Counted from the stretch's first letter, positions 29,877 to 42,586 are shown. The stretch: DNA of 64,000 nt from a bacterium (GCA_965261595.1 CBDHDG010000006.1:768001-832000), one strand, 5' to 3'. The notes: a model not told the origin generated them from the letters alone. A program made the numbers and translations.

Positions 29877-32257
29877 CTAGTGGACTGTAACATTGAAATA
29901 GCCAGTAATGTTTAGTACAGTATCATGCATGCCAAACACCCCCATTCAGCTGACTTCCGATGAAAGAGAAGAACTGCAACGGCGATCCCGTTCGCGCGTG
30001 CTGCGGTCCGAAGACGTCCGACGAGCCCAAGTCATTCTGATGCTCGATGCCGGGGAGTCCTATTTGAGGATCCAGCGCGCCGTGGGCTGCGATGCCCGGT
30101 ATGTGAGCCGATGGAAGACCCGGTTCCAACAAGAGGGACTGGCCGGCTTTTGGACTTACCCCGGTTTCGTGGAGAGTTAAGCACTTGGGTTTTCAGGGTG
30201 TGCGTTGTTGTCTCCTTTCGTAGTTAACGGGTGACAGGTTGTCGATGGAGGAGTGCCGACGATGCGGGTTGTAGAAGCCCTCGATGAACCCGAACACCTC
30301 CATGCGCGCCTCGGCCCGGGTGCGGAAACTGTGGCGAGCGAGGAGCTCGCACTCCAGCGTGGCGAAAAAGCTCTCACACAGCGCGTTGTCGTAGCAGTCC
30401 CCGACCGAACCCATGGAGGGACGCACGCCCGCCTGCCGGCAGCGCTGCCCAAAGGCGACCGAGGTGTACTGCGTGCCCTGGTCGGAGTGGTGGATGACGG
30501 CCCGGGGACGGCGCTTATACAGCGCCATGTCGAGCGCGTCGAGCACCAACTCGGCCCGCAGGTGTGTGGCCATCGACCACCCCACGATGCGCCGGCTGAA
30601 CGCATCGAGCGCCACGGCCAGATACAAAAACCCCGCCCATGTCGGAACGTAGGTGATGTCGGCCACCCACAGCCGGTCGGGGGCCTCGGCCGTGAAGTTG
30701 CGGTCCACCAGATCAGGGGCCGGCCGCGCCTCCTGCCGGCGCTGCGTCGTGCGCGCTCCCTTGCGCCGACTGACGCCCGCAAGTCCCGCCCCACGTATCA
30801 GCCTGGCGACGCGCTTGCGGCCCACACGCACTCCCTCAGCCTCCAGCTCGGCATGGACGCGCGGCACGCCGTAAGTCCCCCGAGAACGCTCGTGGATCGC
30901 CTGAATGCGTTTGGTGAGCGCCCGATCGGCACACGAGCGGGCACACGGCGCGCGCCTGCGCCACGCGTAGTAGCCGCTGGAGGAGACGCCCAGCACCCGG
31001 CACATGGTGGCGGTCCGATACATGGCCTGGTTCGCCCTCACGAACCCGTAGATCCGGACGGGATCGAATCGGTATCCCGAGCAAACCAGGCCGCGGCTTT
31101 TGCTAAGATCTCCCGCTCCTGGCGGAGCTGTCGGTTCTCGCGGCGAAGTCGGCGCAACTCCTCCCGCTCATCGCTCGTGAGCCCGTCTTTGCGACGCCCC
31201 TCGTCAACGTCGGCTTGATGGGCCCAGGTGCGGATCGTCTGCGCCGAGGACTCGAACTCGTGCGCCAGCGCCTCGGGCGTGCGTCCCGCCCGGACCAACT
31301 CTACCATCTGGCAGCGGAACTCCATTGGATAGCGTGGGTGAGTCTGTGGCATCGTGAACACCTCCTTTACCCCCAAATCATCAGGTGTCCACCAAACCGG
31401 GTCAACTCCACTTGTATTCCAGACATTGCGGTCGAGCGGTTCACAAGCGCACCCCCCGGCTGGAGGCTCGGATTCTGGACTGGACCAGGCGCCGACCACC
31501 GGACGGAGCGACGCACTGGAGTAGTCGCAAGCTGGCGCGGCAGTTGGGCACCAACCACATGATGGTGGCCCGGGTTTGGAAACGTGCGGGTCTGCAACCC
31601 CACCGCATTCAACGTTACATGGCATCGAATGATCCAGACTTTGAGAAGAAGGCGGCCGATATCATTGGCCTCTATGTCAACCCGCCGCAACACGCCGCCG
31701 TTTTCTGTGTGGATGAAAAAACCGCCATTCAGGCCTTGGACCGATTCGATCCCGTGTTGCCGCTTTCTCCGGGTCGCGCCAAGCGTCACGGTTTCGAGTA
31801 TTACCGGCACGGAACGCTCTCGCTGTATGCGGCCCTGAATACAAAGACCGGCGAGGTCATCGGCAAGACCGCAGCGAGGCACACCAGCGAGGCCTTTGTG
31901 GCTTTGCTTTCTGGCATCGTGGCCAGACAACCCAAGCGGCGTGAAATTCACATCATCGCAGACAATCTGTCGGCTCATAAGAGCCGCCGCGTGCGACAGT
32001 TTCTTGACGCTCACCCGCGCGTGCATTTGCATTTCACCCCAACTTATTCCTCTTGGTTGAATCAGGTCGAAATCTGGTTCTCAAAAATCCAACGCGACGT
32101 CATTGCCCGCGGCGTCTTCACTTCGGTTCCTGATTTGGCTCGAAAACTGATGCGCTATATTCGACAGTGCAACAAGAAACCCAAACCCATCAAGTGGAGC
32201 TATACTGATGGCTCACGGCGAATCACCACTAGCAAAGTCTCTGTTACAAGGAACTAG
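29877..32257 (+). mobile_element. IS630-family element copy 1, interrupted by an IS3-family element
   Basis: Transposase halves 29908-30149 and 31411-32257 match the intact copy at 36095-37211; CTAG at both ends. Confidence 0.92.
30151..31410 (-). mobile_element. IS3-family element (orfA ~31038-31352, orfB 30193-31041)
   Basis: TGGA...TCCA imperfect TIRs; WVADITY, HHSDQG.QY, DNALCESFF; CTT duplicated. Confidence 0.93.
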
Positions 32258-32890
32258 GCGGAGATTCCGGGTTCAGGGTGTGGAGGATCGTTTATATCTG
32301 TAGGGGCTGTTTTAACGAACCTATGCGGAACTTGGCGGAACATAACGGAACGGGAGTGGCTGTGGGGGCCGTGGCGGCGCGTCGCAAAGATGCGTCTCAA
32401 ATGCGCCTCGGTGGTCGCAAATCCGACCGCCGCTTTCTTGCGTCAAACGCCTAAAAATCGCGTAACAAGCGCCTTTTTCGGGACAATTTAACGACCGAAG
32501 GGGTGAGAAGCAGCTTTTTATGCCTGGATGGGCGGACAGCGCCCCGCTGAGGGTCAGACAGCGCACCCTGGAGAACACCTGGACGACCGCTCGAACCCCG
32601 AAACAACCGAAAAAAATTATCTGTAGATTACGGCCTTGCAACGGCCGAAAAAGGCCCCGGAAACGCTTTTTTCCCGGGCGATTCAGGGCCTTTTTTCCGG
32701 GGGGATTTTCCAGGCGTTACGGGCGAGTTTCATCCCAAGGAGCAGGTCAGGCTGAACAAGACCGCAGCCAACCACGCTTATGGTGCATCAGGACGGACAA
32801 TTATTGCAGAAATCGCCGAAAATGCGTTGGCCGAGTTCCTTGCCGGTGGCCTCAAAACTCCCGCCACAACCAACGGGAGATGGTCATCGT

Positions 32891-33766
32891 TCAAAACCGG
32901 TATTTCAAGGCAAGGCTCAACCCCCAGAACTGGATATCGTCCGTCTCTACACTGTAGACAATCGGCTCGCCGCCGGGCCCGGTGAGCGAATCATGGCTGC
33001 GAAGGCGGTCCCAGGGGTTCCCGTCGTCCTTGAATTCGCCAAATTTGGCCCATCGGAGCTTGAGTCCCAGGGTGACCCGGTCGTTGAGTAGATAATCCAC
33101 ACCCGCGAGCAACTGATAAACAAACCCGTCATCCGAAAACGTCTCTTTGGCAACGGTGGTCGTTCCGGCAACAGGGGGATCCAGATCTACGGACCGCGTG
33201 AAGTTGGCGGCATAATCAAACGAGATGCTTGAATAACCCGCTCCTGCTCCCACGTACGGCCGAAACTTTGTGCCGATGGGGATGTCATAGTAGACGTTGA
33301 AGAAAAGACTGTGGGATGCGAGGTCGCCGAGATGGACGGAACTGTTGATGCCGACGCCCAATTCGTTGAGCTTCTCCTCTGACAAGCCCGCAATCGTCGG
33401 CGTGTTCTCATGGTCATAGCCTGCGGTGCGATAGAAATACTCCCCCTCGATTCTGATCGAACCCAGACGGTAGCCGAACGTCAAACCGGACAGAATCCCG
33501 GTGCCTCCGTCGAACGCGTTTTCCCATGTGTTGCCGCGGGCAGCGCAGTCAGAATGACCTGGATCACCTCCAATGAACCCGTCGCAAACGTTGCTACCTC
33601 CTTGGAAATCGTTGTCCTGACCGGATATCATGATCTTCGGAGACATCGCCATTCCCAGCTCCAGGCCGCCGTACCATCCGTCCATCCCGGCGGCGTTGGC
33701 GACCAGGAACGGCATCGTTGCCAGGGAAAAAACAACCGCTCCCAACGTCATCCTGAATTTCTTCAT
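32891..33766 (-). CDS. Outer-membrane beta-barrel protein
   Basis: Signal peptide, GWYGG, RIEGEY, RPYVGAGAG, YQLLAGVDY, terminal YRF. Confidence 0.88.
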   Translation of the reverse strand: MKKFRMTLGAVVFSLATMPFLVANAAGMDGWYGGLELGMAMSPKIMISGQDNDFQGGSNVCDGFIGGDPGHSDCAARGNTWENAFDGGTGILSGLTFGYRLGSIRIEGEYFYRTAGYDHENTPTIAGLSEEKLNELGVGINSSVHLGDLASHSLFFNVYYDIPIGTKFRPYVGAGAGYSSISFDYAANFTRSVDLDPPVAGTTTVAKETFSDDGFVYQLLAGVDYLLNDRVTLGLKLRWAKFGEFKDDGNPWDRLRSHDSLTGPGGEPIVYSVETDDIQFWGLSLALKYRF

Positions 33767-33974
33767 CCTTCACCCCTCCCTTTCGTATCCAGCAACAAAC
33801 CCGCCGGCACCGAAAAAACGCCCCCGATCGGGGGGAACAGGTCGCGACCGCTTGTTCGTTCCCGTCCCTAATTTATCACAAAGCGCGGCCCGATATGCAA
33901 GATGTCCGCCCATGCTCGTTCGCGCTGCGCCGTCATCCCGGCCCCGCGGCCATGGCTATCGCGCCTGTCGTTCG

Positions 33975-34010
33975 GCGCTCAACGCCCTTCGGCATCACGC
34001 ATGATTGCGC
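33975..34010 (-). CRISPR. Solitary CRISPR-repeat-like unit (no array)
   Basis: GCGCTCAACGCCCTTCGGCATCACG... resembles the GTGCTCAACGCCTTTCGGCATCAC repeat family (recalled); one copy only. Confidence 0.5.
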
Positions 34011-34178
34011 AGGCGAAGCCGGCGCGCCCGACGCTTGCGGTCGCGAGCTGACGGTCAAACTGTCAGGTGATGACCGCCTCAGTACATGTCAAGGGCATCA
34101 TCCACTCCTCTTGCCGCATCGCCTCCCCTCTGCTAGCGTTCGGAAAATCCATTTCTTTTCCTCAGGAGGAGGCGCGCG

Positions 34179-34703
34179 ATGGCGGAATTCACCGTAGCTC
34201 AGTTCAAGGATGTGTCCGAGGGCCTGCAAGAGGGCCAGTTCGCCGTGGGCGAGAGGAAAAAGGCGAGCGGCCTGGCGGACCTGGACCCCATCTACAAACA
34301 ATTGCTGGACATGCCGATCACGGTCACGCTGGGTTTAACCGGCCCGGACGGACGGGTGAATCTGACGCCCATGTGGTTTGACTACGAGGGCGACACGATT
34401 TTGGTGAACACGGCCTCGCACCGAGCGAAATCCGGGTGGATAAGAGAAAACCCGCGGCTCACGATCCTGATCGTGAACCCCGAGAACCCCTACCACTGGA
34501 TAAGCATCAAGTGCACGGTCACCAACCAGATACGAGAGGGCGAGCCGGGCGGGGAGAAAGCCGGTGAGCAGCTCGACCGTATCTGGACGAAATACACGGG
34601 CCAGGACCCGCCCTACGCGCTCAGAGACCCCGTGATCGAGGAAAAACGCGTCCTGTTCGAGTGTCGCGTGGATCGGGTCGCCACGTTCGGAAAACCGTCA
34701 TAA
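34179..34703 (+). CDS. Pyridoxamine 5'-phosphate oxidase-like split-barrel protein
   Basis: GPDGRVNLTPMWF, NTA..RAK..IRENPR, PENPYHW. Confidence 0.85.
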   Translation: MAEFTVAQFKDVSEGLQEGQFAVGERKKASGLADLDPIYKQLLDMPITVTLGLTGPDGRVNLTPMWFDYEGDTILVNTASHRAKSGWIRENPRLTILIVNPENPYHWISIKCTVTNQIREGEPGGEKAGEQLDRIWTKYTGQDPPYALRDPVIEEKRVLFECRVDRVATFGKPS

Positions 34704-34800
34704 GGCCCCCCAAAGGCCATCGGTTCGTCCCGCCCGGTTATGATTCCGGTGGCAGACGAGGACCGTCCGGAGAATCCCGGTGAGAAAAGAACCCGCTGAC

Positions 34801-34843
34801 ATGCGCCTGTCGTGGAACGAGATTCGCGTCTGCGCCGCCGCCT
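34801..34843 (+). repeat. Copy of the first 43 bp of the MmeI-like gene
   Basis: 40/43 identical to 35849-35891. Confidence 0.85.
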
Positions 34844-34871
34844 CGGTCGGCGCGAAGACCGGGGAAAACCC

Positions 34872-35696
34872 ATGATCCATCATTGTGCGTCATGGTTTCG
34901 GACAGCGCTCATCGCGGCGGTCGCGGCCACGGCTGTTCCGGCCATCACATCCGCGCAGAGGCCGGTGTCCTCGGGATCCGTGGCCCAGGATGATTTCTAT
35001 TTCAGGGCCGGGTTTGTTCTGGATGGGTCCAAACAAACGCGGTTCAAGGACGAGGACTGTTCGATCACCTCCCCGGCGGCCCTCTATGGCTGCGGGAGCG
35101 GTAACGACGGCGCGCCCCTGAGCTCGCTCGGCGACTTCGGAATGATGGCCGGTTTCGAGCTCGGCGTCGGTTATGCCGCAGCGCCCGCCCTGCGGCTCGA
35201 AGCCCTCGTTCAGCACCGGCCGGGCTTCTCCTTCCAGGGCCGCGCCAACTTTATCCAGACCACGGCTCGGCAGGCCGTGTCCGCGGATCTGTCCTCCCTG
35301 ACCGGCATGATCGCCGCCTATCTCGATTTCCCTCCACTAGGCCTGCTCCGGCTCGGTCCCCTCGGCCCGTTCATCGGCGCCGGCGTTGGTCTCGCCCGCA
35401 TCGACATCGAAGAGACGCGCATGGAGTTCACGAGGACGACGACCATCGTTCCGGGCGGACAACGAACCAATCTCGCCTGGATGCTGACCGCGGGAGTTTC
35501 GATACCGCTCGGGGACAGGGTGACCCTCGATCTCGCCTGGCGCTACACCGATTACGGCGCCGTCCAAACCGGCAAGGGCGGGGGTCGGATCGTCTGGCGC
35601 GACTGAAGCCGCGCGCCGTTGGAGCTCGATCTCGCTCCAACAAAGGCAGATCTGGCGAGTCATGGGCTTATGCTCTCCTTGCGCTATGCGTTCTGA
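34872..35696 (+). pseudogene. Outer-membrane beta-barrel protein with in-frame TGA at 35604
   Basis: GPFIGAGVG, LAWMLTAGV; frame continues past the stop to LSLRYAF*. Confidence 0.85.
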
Positions 35697-35848
35697 AGCC
35701 GGGCTCCGGTCGGATCGACGGCGTGAAGCAATACGATCGGACAGGCTGGATGAGGACTTGGACGCTCTGCGGGTCGTCATTCCCGCGCAGGCGTACCGCC
35801 GCCTGACCCGAAAATTCGCTCCCGGACAAAGCAGAAAGACCCGACTGA

Positions 35849-36097
35849 ATGCGCCTGTCGTGGAATGAGATTCGCGCCCGCGCCGCCGCCTTCGCGCGGG
35901 AATGGGCGGGCGAGGGCTACGAGAAGGGGCAGACCCAGCTCTTCTACAACGACTTCTTCGATGTCTTCGGCTTGTCCGTCCGCAGGGTGGCCGCCTTCGA
36001 GGAACCCGTCAGGAACCTCGACAACACGCACGGCTACATCGACCTGTTCTGGCCGGGCGTCCTGCTCGTCGAGCAGAAGAGCGCCGGGCGCGATCTA
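35849..36097 (+). pseudogene. N-terminal fragment of an MmeI-family (Type IIL) R-M enzyme, cut by IS630
   Basis: LSWNEIRARA..FAREW..YEKGQTQ.FY..FF, IDLFWPGVLLVEQKSAG. Confidence 0.85.
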
Positions 36098-37211
36098 GTT
36101 CCTTGTAACAGAGACTTTGCTAGTGGTGATTCGCCGTGAGCCATCAGTATAGCTCCACTTGATGGGTTTGGGTTTCTTGTTGCACTGTCGAATATAGCGC
36201 ATCAGTTTTCGAGCCAAATCAGGAACCGAAGTGAAGACGCCGCGGGCAATGACGTCGCGTTGGATTTTTGAGAACCAGATTTCGACCTGATTCAACCAAG
36301 AGGAATAAGTTGGGGTGAAATGCAAATGCACGCGCGGGTGAGCGTCAAGAAACTGTCGCACGCGGCGGCTCTTATGAGCCGACAGATTGTCTGCGATGAT
36401 GTGAATTTCACGCCGCTTGGGTTGTCTGGCCACGATGCCAGAAAGCAAAGCCACAAAGGCCTCGCTGGTGTGCCTCGCTGCGGTCTTGCCGATGACCTCG
36501 CCGGTCTTTGTATTCAGGGCCGCATACAGCGAGAGCGTTCCGTGCCGGTAATACTCGAAACCGTGACGCTCGGCGCGACCCGGAGAAAGCGGCAACACGG
36601 GATCGAATCGGTCCAAGGCCTGAATGGCGGTTTTTTCATCCACACAGAAAACGGCGGCGTGTTGCGGCGGGTTGACATAGAGGCCAATGATATCGGCCGC
36701 CTTCTTCTCAAAGTCTGGATCATTCGATGCCATGTAACGTTGAATGCGGTGGGGTTGCAGACCCGCACGTTTCCAAACCCGGGCCACCATCATGTGGTTG
36801 GTGCCCAACTGCCGCGCCAGCTTGCGACTACTCCAGTGCGTCGCTCCGTCCGGTGGTCGGCGCCTGGTCCAGTCCAGAATCCGAGCCTCCAGCCGGGGGG
36901 TGCGCTTGTGAACCGCTCGACCGCAATGTCTGGAATACAAGCCGGCCAGTCCCTCTTGTTGGAACCGGGTCTTCCATCGGCTCACATACCGGGCATCGCA
37001 GCCCACGGCGCGCTGGATCCTCAAATAGGACTCCCCGGCATCGAGCATCAGAATGACTTGGGCTCGTCGGACGTCTTCGGACCGCAGCACGCGCGAACGG
37101 GATCGCCGTTGCAGTTCTTCTCTTTCATCGGAAGTCAGCTGAATGGGGGTGTTTGGCATGCATGATACTGTACTAAACATTACTGGCTATTTCAATGTTA
37201 CGGTCCACTAG
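36095..37211 (-). mobile_element. IS630-family element copy 2, intact (361 aa)
   Basis: CVDEK, IADNLSAHK, TPTYSSWLNQVE; CTAG at both ends. Confidence 0.95.
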
Positions 37212-37363
37212 GCGAGGTGTTGCTTGTGTATGCCACCGATGATCGCTATCTTCTGAGCAGCTAAAGTTACAGCGAACTACGCGACTTTCGAACAAACGCT
37301 CTGCTTCTAGCCAGCCCCAGAAGGAGCGCCTGGTAAACAGATGAAAGCGACCACCGTCGGGGA

Positions 37364-40300
37364 ATGGCGATGAACAACGGCTTCGAAAGAGTCCTGGATC
37401 ATATCCGCTCGATTGCCGACTCTGAAGCGCAGAAGGGCCGCTTGTTCGAGCGGCTGATGAAGAAGTTTTTTGCCGAAGATCCTTGGTACAAAGAGCGCTT
37501 CTCGAATGTCTGGCTCTGGTCCGAATGGGCGGCCTGGCAGCCGGGTTTCGACGGCGCGGATACAGGGATCGACCTCGTGGCCGAGGAGCGAGAAGGCGGC
37601 TTTTGCGCCGTCCAGTGCAAGTGCTACGCGCCCAAGACGCGAATCTCGAAACCGCATCTCGATTCGTTCATCTCCGCTTCAGCCCGCGACCCCTTCACCG
37701 CCCGCATCGTAGTCGATACCGGCCATCCATGGGGGCCGACCGCCAAGAAGACCATCGCCGGACTCAAGCCCAAATGCGACGCGCTTTACCTGAACGATCT
37801 ATTAAGCCAGCATTTCGACTGGCCCGACTTGGCCCGCGAGGAACCGGAAGACCTGCGCTATCGGCCCGAGACGTTCCAATTGCGTCCGCATCAGCGGGAA
37901 GCATTCGATGATGTGATAGCAGGTTTCCGGGAGCATGATCGAGGCAAGCTCATCATGGCGTGCGGCACGGGCAAGACCTTCACCGCACTTCGCATCGCGG
38001 AAGCCGTTGCCGGCGTCGGCGGCCGGGTGCTTTATCTCGTGCCCTCGATTTCGCTGTTCGCCCAATCCATGCGCGAATGGGCGACGCACAAGGAGATACG
38101 ATACCGCTACTTGGGCATCTGCTCGGATACGCGCGCCGGAAAAAAGGATGAGGACGCCTCGCTTGAGGAGCTTGAAATTCCGGTCACGACGGAGCCGTCC
38201 AGGATTTCAAAAGCGTTGCGGCTGGCGCAAGGGGGTGCGTTGACGGTGGTCTTTTGTACCTACCACTCGCTCGGCCTCGTGGAGGCTGCGCAAAAGGAGG
38301 GCGCACCGCCGTTCGACCTCATCCTTTGCGATGAGGCCCACCGGACGACCGGCGTTGAGCGGCCCGAGGATGGGAAGACATCGCCGTTCTTGCTCGTTCA
38401 TGACGGGGAAAGAATCAAGGCCGCAAAACGCCTCTACATGACGGCCACGCCGCGCCTTTACACCGAAAGCGCGAAGGAGAAGGCGGCGAGCCACGATGTC
38501 GAGGTGTTCTCGATGGACGATCCGGCGACCTACGGGCCGGAGTTCCATCGCCTTCCCTTCTCCCGCGCGGTCGAGCAGGATTTGCTCTCCGACTACAGGG
38601 TCGTGGTTCTCACCATATCCGAACAGCACGTTGACGCGGCGCTCCAGGCGCATCTGGCGGCGGGCGACAGCGAGATCAACCTCACCGATGCAGCGAAGAT
38701 CGTCGGTTGCTGGCGCGCGCTGCAAAACCCGGAGAACAAGGGCAAGGATGAAGGGCCGGCCCGACCCCTCAAGCGCGCCATCGCGTTCACGAATACGATC
38801 AAATCATCACAACGGCTGGAGGCGCATTGGGACGGCATCGTCACGCGAGCCCGCGACAGGTTACCCGAGGAGGAGCAAGCGGACGCTCTGCAGTGCGAGA
38901 CGCGCCACGTCGACGGGCAGCACAACGCGCTTGATCGCAAGGCACGCATCGATTGGCTCAAGGGTGATTCCGCGGATGAGAATGGAGCCTGCCGGATTCT
39001 CTCGAATGCGCGGTGCCTGTCCGAGGGTATCGACGTACCCGCGCTCGACGCGGTGCTCTTCATGAGTCCGCGAAACTCACACGTCGATATCGTTCAGGCC
39101 GTGGGCCGCACCATGCGGAAGGCCGAGGGTAAGGAGTACGGCTACATCATACTGCCGATAGCCGTGCCGGCGGGCATCGATCCGGCCACGGCCCTCGACC
39201 GCAACGAGCAGTTCGACGTCGTCTGGAGCGTGCTCCGCGCGCTGCGCTCGCACGACGACAGGCTGGACGCCGAGATCAACAAGATCGACCTCAACAAGGC
39301 GCTGCCCGAAGGCATCATCATCTTCGATGGCGAGGGCAATGAGACGGTGGACGCCTCAGAACTGCCTTTTCCGCCGCTCGACCTGCCGCCTGGCGCGATC
39401 TTCGCCAAGATCGTCGATAAATGCGGGGACAGGAAATATTGGGAGACTTGGGCGAAGGATGTCGCCGATATCTTCGCCCGCTTGGTCGCGCGCATCGGGA
39501 GTCTGCTGGAGAGTCCCGAAAATGAAACCCTGCGCGTGTGGTTCGACGATTTCCACGAGGAGTTGAAAGTCTCCATCAATGAGTCCATCACCCGCGAAGG
39601 CGGCATCGACATGATGGCCCAGCACATTCTGACGCGGCCTGTTTTCGAGGCCCTTTTCGAGGCCTACGATTTCGCCGCAGGCAACCCGGTGTCGCAGGCG
39701 TTGGACAAGTTGCGGAAAGATTTCGGCGAATTCGGTCTTGAGAACGAGATTCGAGACATGGCGCCTTTCTACGAGAGCGTCCGCAACCGGGCGCGCGGCC
39801 TCGACAACAGCGAAGCGCGCCAGCGGGTGCTGATGGAGCTTTACGAGAAGTTCTTCGCTACCGCCATGAAGAAGGACGCGGACCGGCTGGGCATCGTCTA
39901 TGCACCGCCCGAAGTGGTGGATTTCATCTTGCACAGCGCGGATCACGTGCTGCGCGAGGAATTCGGCCGGAGCCTGAGCGATGAGGGTGTGCACGTGCTC
40001 GACCCATTCACGGGCACGGGCATCTTTCTCGTCCGGATGCTCCAGTCCGCGCTGATACGGGATGACGATCTGGCAAGGAAGTATCGCGAAGAGCTTCACG
40101 CCAACGAGCTTGTCCTGCTCGCCTACTACATCGCGGCCATTCACATCGAAGAGGCGTTTCATGGCCGCCGCGGGGCCGACAGCGCCTATGAACCGTTCGC
40201 CGGCATCGTCCTGACCGATACGTTCAATCTGCATACCGAGCGGACGGGCTTCCCGAAGGACTGGCTGCCGGACAACAGCGCGCGCGCCGAGCGTCAGCAG

Positions 40301-42119
40301 AAGCTGCCGATCCAGGTCATCGTCGGCAACCCGCCTTGGTCGGGAAAACAAAAAAGTTCGGCGGATGAGAACCCGAACGTGGATTATCCTGAATTGGAGC
40401 AACGCGTTGCCGAAACCTATGCAGCGCGATCCAATGCAACGAACAAGAACAGCCTCTACGACACCTACAAGATGGCCATCCGCTGGGCTTCCGACCGGAT
40501 CGGAGACCAGGGCGTCGTCGCCTTTGTCACCAACGGCTCGTGGATCGACGGCAACGCGGATTCAGGCGTGCGGGCTTGTCTGGCGGAGGAGTTCAGTTCG
40601 ATCCATGTCCTGAATCTGCGGGGAAACGCCCGGACATCCGGCGAATTACGACGTACAGAGGGCGACAACGCATTCGGCCAAGGCTCCCGTGCGCCGGTGG
40701 CAATCACTATCCTCGTTCGCAACCCGGATGCTGCGCATGACGGCTGCCGCATCCTCTACCGTGACATCGGCGATTATCTGAGACGCGAGGAAAAGCTGGA
40801 GATCCTGCGCGAGGCGGGGTCGATTGCCGGCATCGAGGACTGGCGCGAAATTACGCCCGACCGGCACAACGACTGGATAGGCCAGCGTGACGAGGCGTTT
40901 CAGCGCCTCTACCCGATGGGGTCGAAAGAGGCGAAGGCCGGCAGGGCGGACAATGCGATATTCCGGCTGTATTCAAGAGGTTTTGCGACCAGCCGCGACG
41001 CTTACATCTACAACTTTTCCCGCGATGCCTGCGCGGGGAACGCCCGCGCGATGGTGGATGACTACATGGACGCCATGCGGGTTCGGGAAGAACATCCCGG
41101 CTACACGGTCGATGAGGTTGCAAGGCAACACTCGTCGAATGTCCGGTGGGACCAAGCGCTAAAGGACAACTTGGGGCGGCGCAAGACCGTGGCGTATTCT
41201 CAGGACAGGATCTGGACGACCCAGTATCGGCCTTTCGTCAAGCAGCACTGCTACATCGATTATGTGCTCGTGAACAGAAAATACCAGCAGGACAGCATTT
41301 TCCCGGCGCTGGACAGCGAGAACCGGGCGATCTGCGTGCCGGGCGTCGGCTCGACCAAACCGTTCTCCGCCCTCATGGTCGATACGATGCCGGATTTGAA
41401 CCTGAATGAAGCTGGTGCCCAATGCTTCCCGCGCTACCAATATCAGGAGCCGATGGATGCGCAGAGCGATCTTCCGGGCCTTGAGACGAGACTGGAGCGC
41501 GTGGACAATATCACGGATACGGCCTTGCGCGCCTTCCGCGTTCACTACAAGGACAACGGGATAACCAAGGACGCGATTTTCGATTACGTTTACGGCGTTC
41601 TTCATGCGCCCGACTATCGGGGACGCTTCGCCAACGATCTGACGAAGGAGCTTCCCCGCGTACCGTTCGCACCTGATTTTCACGCTTTCGCCGAGGCCGG
41701 GCGCGCGCTTGCGGAACTCCACCTAGGCTATGAGACCTGCGAGGAATACCCTCTGGAGGTCGCCTTCACGGGAGAGGGAAGCCCGCGTCCCGAGCATTTC
41801 CGGCATCGGCGCGCGTGCGATGCGGTTCGCCGACGATGAAAAGACGGTGCTTGTTGTCAACGACCATATCCAGCTGGAGGAGACCCCTCCCGAGGCGCAT
41901 GAATATCAGGTCAACGGGCGGACGCCGCTGGGATGGTTCATCGACCGCTACAAAGTCACACAGGACAAGGAAAGCGGAATCGTCAACAATCCCAACGGCT
42001 GGTTCGACGATCCGAAGGACTTGATCACCGCGATTCGCCGCATCGTGCACGTGAGCGTGGAAACCACCCGCATCGTGAACGCCCTACCTGAATCGATCGC
42101 TGACACGGGCATGTCTTGA
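37364..42119 (+). CDS. Type ISP restriction-modification enzyme (LlaGI/LlaBIII-like), frameshift near 41802
   Basis: DTGIDLVA..VQCKCY nuclease; MACGTGKT and DEAH helicase; LDPFTGTG and GNPPW methylase; QYRPF TRD; last ~100 aa in another frame. Confidence 0.92.
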
Positions 42120-42586
42120 GAACTTACCGGATGACGCGGACCGCTTCATGGGCTGACCGAACTATTTTGCGCGTTGCCGGCGGTGTTCCGGTGAACGAGG
42201 TGCTTGCCACGTCGCGCTTGCTAGCGGGCGAATGACCGCCCACAGACGACGATCTCGCCTCGGGTCCCCTCTCTCTCTTCCCTTCGGAAAACAAAATCTC
42301 GTCTTACAGCGTCGCGCTCGACGAAATACGAAGCGGCGAGCGTTGCGATGTCCAATACCTCCAACACGGCTTGGTAAATCTCGATTCAGAAACTTTTGCC
42401 CGCTCGGTTGACCCTGGGTCGCGATAGGCGTGGAGCATGAGGGCGAGCGCAAAAGGCGAGGCAAACCCAGCGACGTGGCGCTATCGGTGATCCTGATCGG
42501 ACCGAGCGGTTCGACCACGGACACCCACCCGGCGGGTCGGTGTTCCCCTCGACGATCCCGGCGATTCGCCTTCTGCTTCTGACTAG

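Noticed and set aside
34067..34105. GTGATGACCGCCT... as a second CRISPR repeat
   Set aside because: Weak match, no hairpin, and a 56-bp gap is too long for a typical spacer
35604..35606. Selenocysteine or programmed readthrough at the TGA
   Set aside because: Context suggests a GGA>TGA change in a barrel loop; no SECIS-like hairpin recognised
42120..42586. Short ORFs between Type ISP and IS1380
   Set aside because: No recognisable motif or consistent frame
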